NCBI GenBank assembly: GCA_951406725.2
Contig: OX597814.1
Location: 208,072,001 to 208,136,000 of the forward strand
Length of the DNA stretch: 64,000 bases
Source: Octopus vulgaris
Lineage: Eukaryota
Reading direction: 5' to 3'
A program made the translations under genes and the position numbers. The notes under the pieces were generated by a model that was given only the letters and a program-made list of their open reading frames with translations, was not told the DNA's origin and ran no database searches. Of the stretch, positions 12,465 through 22,689 are shown one piece after another; position 1 is the first letter of the stretch; each line of letters starts with the position of its first letter.

Positions 12465-13227
12465 AGACCCCCTTTGATCATAGGATGGCACCTAGAAAGT
12501 TACCCTCATAGGCACAAGTCTACTAAGGTTGTTTATGGAAGACCAGCAGTCACCCATGCATACCAGCCTACTCCATGCCACTGATGTTATCCAAGGGAAA
12601 GGCAAAGGCCGATACAGCTTGGCACCAGTGACATCACAACTCATTTCTACAGCTGAGTGAACTGGATCAACATAAAAAATAAAGTGTCTTGCTCAAATAT
12701 ACAGCACACAACCCGGTCAGGGAATGAAACTCTCTACCTCATGAGGAGTGGAACATACAATTTCCTGTAAGTCAGATCTTTAATGGTCACAGCAGACAAA
12801 ATGGAAAAGGCGTTACCCTGAAGGATGGACAGGGAGAGGCATTGGAACTGCCACTTTGACCTATGAAGCTAACACTTGCGGACAGCTATTTCTGTCTACC
12901 CCAATTGTGGTGAGCAGAGATATAGTCCAGGGGCTCGAGAATATCGGAGGTCTCCACTGCCACAAGCTCAACCACAAACCTGTCAGAGACCTTCCTAGTG
13001 GCAGTTTTTGTTTACTAATTGCTCTGATAATCTCAGTTAATTGAGGATTTCAGCCACTGTATCATATATGTGAGACTATCATATTTCGCTGAGTTATCAT
13101 CATACATATAAATGTTTAAAAGATTTTTTTTTCACTTATAAATGTTTAAAAGTTGTAATATATCAAGGTGGTCATTTTTTTTTTCTTGCCGAATAAACAC
13201 ACACACTATATATTCATTCTTTACTTG

Positions 13228-13638
13228 GGATCTTTTCGGTTTGAACGGCAGTTTTTAACATAATTTCTAGGTAACTAAAAAATTTTAAACTTCGTATACT
13301 GGTAGAATGTGTTTATAAAACATCTTTTTCTCTTGGCTTTATTGAGAAAATTCTATACTTTGTAACATATTTGTTGCTTTTTTCCTCCAATTTCTGCAAT
13401 TTCAACCAATCACTGACGTCTATTGAGGTAAAAAACATTCTGTGCCGTATGAATATGTCCCTCGTTTAAGAAACAGATTGGGTTTATTTACATTTGTGAA
13501 GAAAAAAAGATATTCTTCCCCCCACCCCTAACCCTAAAACAGATTGAAATGCAATAGATCGGTACTAGGGTCATAATTATGGGTGACAATTTCATATGAG
13601 ACCGCTAGAAAAAACTGCCTTTCAAACCAAAAAGATCC
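13228..13638. mobile_element. MITE (~410 bp, ~28-bp TIRs)
   Basis: TIR ggatcttttcggtttgaacggcagttttt / aaaaactgcctttcaaaccaaaaagatcc; flanking direct repeat tttacttg. Confidence 0.9.
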
Positions 13639-14079
13639 TTTACTTGTTTATTATTGCTCTTATTTTATGTCCATTGTCTGGAAATCTTTTGTCATACACT
13701 TGTGACCTCTTCAGCGATTCTCCATCCCATGTGTCTCCTTGTTTTTTTCCCATTTATTACTCCTTGCGGACTTTTTTTATGAGTTTTTTTTAAAGTATTT
13801 GTTACTTCAACATCTTTTAAGAAATTTTGTATCTTCTATAGTTGTTACAGCAGTTAAGTCTACGTCAGGTATTCAAGAAATTATCATCTTTGACTTTTTT
13901 TTCTATTTCTTCTTTCAAACAGTTACATTATCCAATGTGGGTCTTTTTGGTTTGGCTGCCAGTATTTCAAAAATTATAGTTTCCTTAAATCCTTAAAAAT
14001 GTTTTAGCCCGAAGGCCGCGGCCATGCTGGGGCACCACCGAAAATTTTAAAATTTGGTACACTAATATAGTAAGATTCC

Positions 14080-14300
14080 AGCTCTACAATGCGTTCCCCA
14101 TTTCTCCCAGTTTTACAGTGTGCATCCCTTTTTCCGGCCCCACAATGAGCGCCCTCTTTTCTCAGCTCTATGGATATGCGCTCCTTCTAACCCTACAATA
14201 TGCGTCCCCTTTTTCACAGCCCCATAATGTGCGCCCCATTTTCTTAGCCTTACAATGTGTTCTTCCTTTTTCAAGCCTTATATTTGTGCGCTCCCTTCCC
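14080..14300. repeat. Degenerate ~28-bp minisatellite (~8 units)
   Basis: Recurring cagcYcYacaatRtgcgYYccYttttY. Confidence 0.75.
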
Positions 14301-16079
14301 TCACTTCATATTATGTAACAGGTCATACCACACGACCCTCTCGTCGCTGCCCCATTTGAATACCGGTCTCTCTCCCCTCTATTACGTCCGCTCACGTTCA
14401 ATTTAAGATGTTTAGAAATTTGTATGGCGCCCCCAGATTTAAGCGGCTAAAGCGATTGCTTAGTTTGTCTAGCGCGTAACGTCGTCCCTAATGCTGGTGT
14501 ATATCATTTGAAGGAAATTTAGCATTCTGAGGTTGAATGGTTTCATGGAGCCTGTTAGTTGTGAAAAGTTAAGGGAAAGAGTAAAAAGTAGAACCGCTAC
14601 CAAATGAAATGGGAAACTTAACTGAAATGCAACAATATGCAGATTATTACTAGGAGTTTGGTATTCTGTGTTAACTTGGAGAGCGGGTAAGACGACTGAA
14701 GAGAAATAAAACATCAGATTTGATTATTTATTGCCGATACACAGTTGCATGCTCTCCTGCCCAATTCAGATCCAGTTAAAATCAACCGCTTTTTCCCCTC
14801 TTTCCGAGTCCATAAAAGATTTACTTTCTATTTTAAACCACAGTATTTGAAAACTATGTAAGTAAATGGATCCTATAGTATGGAATAAGCAATCATCTCT
14901 TGTCTTCTTATCGATTTGCTAAAATATGTTCGTTCATTAAGGATATAATTACCAAAAGAAAATAAACAGTATCAATAAAAATTATTCAAAAAGGCGTAAC
15001 ACTCTCAGTTGCTCTATACAACAGGGATACTGGTAATTACTTCTAAAAAATTTTATTGCAACAACCCAAAACACTCACTTCAGTCTCACGAGTATCACCC
15101 AATATTTCGAATAGTCACGCAGTCTTAACGTTCAGAGTTCAAAACCCGACATAGTCAATCAGACATTTCGTTTCTCTATGGTCAAGTAAATGAAATGAAC
15201 ATCAGTTAAATTCTAAAACTTAATACTCGACTGTACTTTTTCTCCAAAATTAGTAACATGGAAGCACTCCGTCGGTTACGACGATGAGGGTTCCGGTTGA
15301 TCCGATCAACGGAACAGCCTGCTCGTGAAATTAACGTGTAAGTGGCTGAGCACTCCACAGACACGTGTACCCTTAACGTAGTTCTTGGGGATATTCAGCT
15401 TGACACAGAGAGTGACAAGGCCGGCCCTTTGAAATACAGGTACAACAGAAACAGGAAGTAAGAGTGAGAGAAAGTTGTGGTGAAAGAGTACAGCAGGAAT
15501 CACCACCATCCCCTGCCGGAGCCTCATGGAGCTTTAGGTGTTTTCGCTCAATAAACACTCAGAACGCCCGGTCTGGGAATCGAAACCGCGATCCTACGAC
15601 CGCGAGTCCGCTGCCCTAAATTTATTCATTATAAAGTAACAAGAAGACTAAGAAATTCCTTGTTCATTCCAGAAATGCTTATGCGTTAATTAACATTAGT
15701 TTTCAATTTTCGATTATATAAATAAATACCAGTAGGACATATTAATAATAATAATAATAATTGTGTACAGTGCTCAGGTGCACTACAACTCATCTAAAGT
15801 GTATATATAATCAGGTGTAGTTTCGACGGATTTCGGGAAGCATGAGGGCCTTAAAGGATGCAGTGTCATGGCAGTCAACAACTGATGCAGGCAGTTTATT
15901 CCACGCTTCAGCAACCCTGAGCGTGAAAAAATGTTTCCGAAAGTCATGGGAGCTGTGCTGTTTTCTGACTTTGTAGGCATTATTATAAGCGTTAGCTGAC
16001 TACCCTCTCTCGCATTTATAATACAAAATAATGAAAGGTTGGTTTTGTACCAATTCAGCAAAATTTATGATTTATTTAC

Positions 16080-16292
16080 CTGCAGGGCTCCGGCACTATT
16101 CAATATAAATATCAACGTAGACAGTTCAGTTTTTTCAAAGAATTCATTCATCATAATTTTATTCTCTTCAATGCCATACATCTTTGACCATTTTTCTCCT
16201 TTTAGGCCGAAAGTCTTCAACACGTAATCCGCAACAAAAAAGACTCTTGGGTCTGTAAGGTCTGTTAATTCGCTGGCTCCAGTCGTAATCAT
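16080..16292 (-). CDS. Axonemal dynein heavy chain (outer-arm beta type, DNAH9/11/17 family), coding exon 1
   Basis: ATG at 16292; 71 codons MITTGASELTDLTDPRVFFVADYVLKTFGLKGEKWSKM...SAGALQ, then donor CAG|GTAAAT (phase 0). Resembles the N-terminus of ciliary beta dynein heavy chains. Confidence 0.85.
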
Positions 16293-16614
16293 CTTGATTT
16301 TCTTTTTTTCGTTTTTATTTATAAATGTTTATAAATTGTGGGACATTGGTTATTTTTTGGGGGTTTTTTTTTTTTCCTTTTATAACATATCTTTTTCCTT
16401 TAATTAATTACCCATTTGAGTTGAGTCTGTAAAAAATATTCGAATGCATTTCCTCCACCTGAAAGAACTCATAACGATAAACTACAAAAAAAAAAAAACA
16501 TTTTTAAAAAGTGACAAAAATAAAAAGGAGAGATTTCGAAAATTAATTTCCAACTCCCTTCGTAAACGTTCCTTCTAACCAGTGCGTCATAATTTGTGCT
16601 TTGATTCGAAGCTT

Positions 16615-16673
16615 ATTATTCTAGCAACAGTTGTTATAACAAGCTCTAATGACGCTTAGCGTTGCTAACCAAC
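16615..16673. promoter_or_regulatory. Cluster of RFX X-box-like sites upstream of the dynein ATG
   Basis: GTTGCTAGAATAAT (minus, 16615-16628), GTTGTTATAACAAG (16630-16643) and GTTGCTAACCAAC (16661-16673). All are imperfect matches to the GTTGCCATGGCAAC-type X-box of ciliary genes. Confidence 0.45.
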
Positions 16674-16883
16674 AAACTTTGCAGAAACACAGACTGGCTG
16701 ACTGACTGACTACTAGCGAACTGTTCGGAATTTCCCCTCTTTTATATGCATGTCGTACGGGATAGGATTATCAATCAGTGTAGCGCTGTTTCTAATAAAC
16801 AATCAGAAAAAGAAAACTTTATGTAGACAAATGTATTTTATTAATTTATCAATTTTCTTTTTTATCTCTAGTTTTTATCTCTA

Positions 16884-17269
16884 GGCGCAGGAGCGGCTGT
16901 GTGGTAAGTAGCTGGCTTACCAACCACATGGTTCCGGGTTCAGTCCTACTGCGTGGCATCTTCGGCAAGTGTCTTCTGCTATAGCCCCGGGCCGACCAAA
17001 GCCTTGTGAGTGGATTTGGTAGACGGAAACTAAAAGAAGCCTGTCGTATATATGTATATATATGTATGTGTGTGTATGTGTTTGTGTGTCTGTGTTTGTA
17101 CCCCTAGCATTGCTTGACAACCGATGCTGGTGTGTTTACGTCCCCGTCACTTAGCGGTTCGGCAAAAGAGACCGATAGAATAAGTACTGGGCTTACAAAG
17201 AATAAGTTGCTCGACTAAAGGCGGTGCTCCAGCATGGCCGCAGTCAAATGACTGAAACATGTAAAAGAG
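16884..17269 (+). mobile_element. SINE family A
   Basis: As above. Confidence 0.9.
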
Positions 17270-17304
<35 letters not shown>

Positions 17305-19128
17305 TGAGAGATTCATATATTATATATATACATATATTGTATGCTTACATCAATCTATATACACATATATATTTACACACACACACACATATATATACAC
17401 ACACACACATATATATATATGTATATATACATTCACGTTAGATTACTTTATAATTGTAATGTATGCTGTTTGAAACGTATTTATATAAAATTTCATTGAA
17501 AAAACCCCATTTCCCTAAAAGTTACAAAGGAAAAACTCGGATCTTGTGAATTTTCCGAAGTCCTCTCCCCACCCCCTTGGAAAAGATTTTTCCCTACAAA
17601 TTTCTTTATAATCATAATGTATGCTTTTCGTTTCCTGGTCAAGTTGTAAACATTAACCCAAATCCCAAACTGAAGAAAACAAACTTGAGCGAAGAAACAA
17701 AAAAAAAAAGAGGAAGAAAGAAGAAAAAAGCACCAATCCGACACTGAGTGTATCGATTGGTCGCACACCACAAGGTTCAATGGAACCTCCTGAAGCAAGC
17801 CAACACGCTCGCGACGTTGGCGAAGGCGAGGCTAAGGCGTTGGAAGAGCCAGGCAACCCTCATGGGCATCACCCCACTCCTTGGTCAGGCGAGCCACTAA
17901 CGATAACAAGAAATGTCAGTCGCTTCATCAAATGCTGAAATAAAAATTGCCGTAAAACAACTCGCGAATGGAAAGTCGTCTGGGAACGATGGCATACTAG
18001 CCGTGATATATAAATGTGGTAGCAATCTCCTGCTGAACAAGTTATGTGGACCCCTCCTTAATCTGGGAATCAGGATCAGTCCCACAGGAGTTCAAAGATG
18101 CTTCTATTGTCAATCTTTATAAGCACAAAGTAGATTTAATAACATCTCAAATGCCACAGGCTGAAAGAAATGGTTCACAGACAAGTCCCAATAATTGAAG
18201 ATTTTGTTCCGTTCGGCTACGGGAGAAATATCTTTCCCATTTATTGCAGCATCCAGGATGTGGGAGAGAAGAAAGAGGATATACCTACACAAGTGTGCCC
18301 CCACCTATTTCTTTACTATCCACAAGGGGCTAAACACAGAGGGGGCAAACAAGGACAGACAAACGGATTAAGTCGATTACATCGACTCCAGTGCGTAACT
18401 GGTACTTAATTTATCGACCCCGAAAAGATGAAATGTAAAGTCGACCTCGGCGGAATTTGAACTCAGAACGTAACGGCAGCCGAAATACGGCTACGCATTT
18501 CGCCCGGCGTGCTAACGTTTCTGCCAGCTCGCCGCCTTAACTTCCAGAAAAATGGCTATTTTTTAATAAGGTTTGTTGTTGCAAATATGCTTTAAAAATG
18601 CAGATTCGATTATATCAGAATTTGTGAAAGAGATGTTGTCTACCAAAAGGGAGCAAGCATCGATGAAGGAAAGGAAACAAGAAAGAGACAGAGACGAGTA
18701 TTTACACAAACCTAGAACTCCCCCCAACCCACCAAAAAAAATAATAAAAAGGTTTGGGCAAAGCAGCCTGGTCGCAGGACTCTGGATTCAGTCTGACAAT
18801 TGACCAAGCATTCGAGTTCCCTGAAAATCCTACGGAGATCAGTTTTGCTCTTCCACTTGGTATTTTAATACACGTATATTTTTTTATAAGCGGTATTTGA
18901 AATTTTGTTTTGAATTAATGACTCTGTGTGTCTATATCTATGTTTGTTCCCCATTACCACTTGACAACCAGTGTTGGTCCCCGTGAATTAGCGGTTCGGC
19001 AAAAGAAACCAATAGAATAAGTACCATTTTCAAAAGAAAAAGTAAGTACTGGGGTCGATTCATTTGATTAAAAAAATTCTTCAAAGCAGTACCCCAATAT
19101 GGCTGCAGTATAGTGACTGAAAAAAAAA

Positions 19129-20229
19129 TCTCTATATATATATTTCTTTACTACCCACAAGGGGCTAAACACAGAGGGGACAAACAAGGACAGACGAAGG
19201 GATTAAGTCGATTACATCGATCCCAGTGCATAACTGGTACTTAATTTATCGACCCCGAAAGGATGAAAGGCAAAGTCGACCTCGGCGGAATTTGAACTCA
19301 GAACGTAATGACAGACGAAATACGGCTACGCATTTCGCCCGGCGTGCTAACGTTTCTGCCAGCTCGTCACCTTAACACACACACACACACACACACACAT
19401 ACACACACACATATATATATTTCTTTACTACCCACAAGGGGCTAAATGCAGAGGGGACAAACTAGGACAGACAAACGGATTACGTCGATTACATCGACCC
19501 CAGTGCGTAACTGGTAGGATGAAAGGCAAAGTCGACCTCGGCGGAATTTGAACTCGGAACGTAACGACAGACGAAATACGGCTACGCATTTCGCCCGGCG
19601 TGCTAACGTTTCTGCCAACTCAAAGCTGAAGTTGTCTGTGTATGGCAGGTTTGGCCGCCTTCAACTAACACTTTCTCCTTCGAGACTCTGCAGCTCAAGT
19701 TGACCAAAATTGAGAGTATGATAGAAGAAGGCTTGCTATTCCTTCCGTAGAAGAAAAAATTCAAATCGGACCTTGTTAACACCAAAAGTTATTTACATCA
19801 AACAGATGCTTTTTTTTTTCTATGAAAATCCCTATTTTTTAATGACTTTTTTACTGCTGTGTCGCCATTTTTCGGTGTATTTCAACCAGAATAATGTTCA
19901 CTTAATGAGAATAACAAGCTACATAATGTAAAATTTTTACTTTTCAAAAATTCCAATTCTAAAGGGTCGAAAGAAACTCGAGCAAGGCCGGGCGATACTA
20001 TTAGTATACCATATGCCTGAATAAAAGATGGGATGGTCACAACTAGAATTGGAGTGTCTTTGATTAAAGGTCTTTATGAACAAAAAGAAGCTAAGCAACA
20101 ACTATCTACGGCCCTTGTAAATTGTATAGAAACAATCAAATATATATATAATGCAAAATTTTTACTTTTCAAAAATTCCAATTCTAAAGGGTCGAAAGAA
20201 ACCCGAGCAACGCCGGGCGATACTGCTAG
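19129..20229 (+). mobile_element. Second Helitron family with two nested SINEs and a duplicated 3' end
   Basis: a|TCtctatatata start; body resumes at about 19622; hairpin plus TTAG at 20004 and hairpin plus CTAG|t at 20229. Confidence 0.7.
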
Positions 20230-20974
20230 TAAATAATAAAAGATGTTTAATATAAGATGAAGACAATCACATTTGCGGGAAAATATAACAGTTATTAAAT
20301 GATCATGAAGATATGATATAAATAAATCATTTCTAATCCCACATCGTCATCTAATTTTCTTCTTGGCGAACATCCATCGTCCTTCTATAGTCAGTCTGTT
20401 TCCGATTCCCAGACCGGGCGTTGTGAGTGTTTATTGAGCGAAAACACCTAAAAAAGCTCCACGAGGCTCCGGCAGGGGATGGTGGTGATCCCCGCTGTGC
20501 TCTTTCACCACAACTTTCTCTCACTCTTGCTTCCTGTTTCTCTTGTACCTGTATTTCAAAGGGCCGGCCTTGTCACTCTCTGTTGTCACGCTGAATATCC
20601 CCGAGAACTGCGTTAAGGGTACACGTGTCTGTGGAGTGCTCAGCCACATACACGTTAATTTCACGAGCAGGCTGTTCCGTTGATCGGATCAACCGGAACC
20701 CTCGTCGTCGTAACCGACGGAGTGCTAGAGAGAGAGATAGCCAGTCTGTATATTCTGTCGTTTGGATCAACAAAACTGAGTGAATGTTAGATAACTTCGT
20801 GAGTATATAGGTTGTGAGACCCACGTGAGAAAGACAACCTGATATATTAAACATGTTCAATGAAATTTTGGTATATCACTTCCGGTTTCTAACGTGCTTT
20901 TACTCTTTCAAAAATAATTTACTTTCGCTTATTTTACGATGGTAAACTGAACTGTAGATTCAATAAACTCGCCC

Positions 20975-21113
20975 CACTAGCGTAGCTGGTAGTGGTGGCA
21001 TTTTTAAAGGGCAGCATTTTTGGGGCTGTTGTAGGCAATGTGTCTTTTGTGGAGTCCAGGGGTGGAAAACGGAAGGGCCACCCCGGGCGGCACACACTCA
21101 AGCTCCGCTAGTG
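20975..21113. mobile_element. Short GC-rich MITE (hAT-like?)
   Basis: TIR CACTAGCGTAGCT / AGCTCCGCTAGTG; degenerate 8-bp flanks actcgccc / acctgtcc. Confidence 0.55.
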
Positions 21114-21119
21114 ACCTGT

Positions 21120-22160
21120 CCCCACACATTAGTGAGTAGATGGGTGGTGAGTTTTCAAATGTTCTGAATATGGCCCCAATTGTTGATGAATCATCAACCT
21201 ACCACAAAGGCATGGGATCTTTTCGGTTTGAACGGCAGTTTTTTTTTTCTAGCGGTGTCATATGAAATTGTCACCCATAATTATGACCCTAGTATCGATC
21301 TATTACATTTCAATCTGTTTTAGGGTTAGGGTTAGGGGTGGGGGGAAGGATATCTTTTTTTCTTCACAAATGTAAATAAACCCAATCTGTTTCTTAAACG
21401 AGGGACATATTCATACGACACAGAATGTTTTCACCTCAATAGACGTCATTGATTGGTTGAAATTGCAGAAACTGAAGTGAAAAAAACAACAAATATCTTA
21501 CAAAGTATAGAATTTTCTCAATAAAGCCAAGAGAAAAAGATGTTTTATAAACACATTCTACCAGTATACGAAGTTTAAAAGTGTTTAGTTACGTGGAAAT
21601 TATTTTTAAAAACTGCCGGTCAAACCGAAAATATCCCAAAGGCATGTCCTTGAAGAAATGCTGAAATAAAAATTGCCATAAAACAGCTCACGAATGGAAA
21701 GTCGTCTGGGAACGATGGCATACTAGCCGTGATATATAAATGTGGTAGCACTCGCCTGATGAACAAGTTATGTGGACTCCTCCTTAATCTGGGAATCAGG
21801 ATCAGTCCCACAGGAGTTCAAAGATGCTTCTATTGTCAATCTTTATAAGCACAAAGGTAACAGATGTGAATGTGACAACCATAGAGGTATCTCTCTTTTT
21901 TTGTGTTGCTGGGAAGATCCTTAGAAGGGCTATCTTAAATAGACTAAATGATGCCCTTGCCAGATTAGTGTTGCCTGAATTTCAATGAGGATTTCGGGCA
22001 GATAGAGTCATAGTGGATATGATTTTTAGCCTAAGGCGACTGACTGCAGGAAAAGGTTCGTGAGCACAACTGAAACCTTTTGGTCACGTTTGTAGATCTA
22101 ACTAAAGCTTTCGATACCGGATCTAGGGATGCTCTTTGGGTTGTCCGAGAAAAAGTGCTC
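21120..22160 (+). mobile_element. Decayed fragment of a second RTE-clade LINE, interrupted by a MITE
   Basis: IKQLTNGKSSGNDGI, DASIVNLYKHKGNRCECDNHRGISL and FVDLTKAFD; frameshifted. Confidence 0.85.
21214..21637. mobile_element. MITE, same family in the opposite orientation
   Basis: Same TIRs; flanking direct repeat aaaggcat (8-10 bp depending on the boundary chosen). Confidence 0.92.
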
Positions 22161-22689
22161 AATGTCATCATTTTGCAAATGAGAAAGACTAGATCCCCAC
22201 GACTCACTGCATTTATTCAACACAGTGAAGCCTTCACAACATGCAAACGGATTCTTCCACAGTTTTGAATTCTTCCATAAATCTAAGTGCAAACTTACCC
22301 CCCCTCCCACACACACACCACCACCACCACATACCTTTTTCTTTACTACCCACAAGGGGCTAAACACAGAGGATACAAACAAGGACAGACAGACGAATTA
22401 AGTCGATTACATCGACCCCAGTGCGTAACTGGTACTTATTCAATCGACCCCGAAAGGATGAAAGGCAAAGTCGACCTCTGCAGAATTTGAACCCAGAACG
22501 TAACGGCAGACGAAATACGGCTACGCATTTCGCCCGGCGTGCTAACGATTCTGCCAGCTCGCCCCACATAGCACCTAACAATATACCGCCATGGTCATAA
22601 TCACATACTATTGTATATATTCTCTATCATTCTTAGAACCTTAGTTAACAACACAAGTCCCACAATAACTACTTTCCCATTGTCCCTTC

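Noticed and set aside
16455-16500. 5'UTR splice acceptor for the dynein gene (tttcag on minus)
   Set aside because: Would place several upstream ATGs before 16292; cannot be supported without cDNA.
21320-21337. Interstitial telomere or fusion scar
   Set aside because: The repeats are internal to a MITE present twice in the window.
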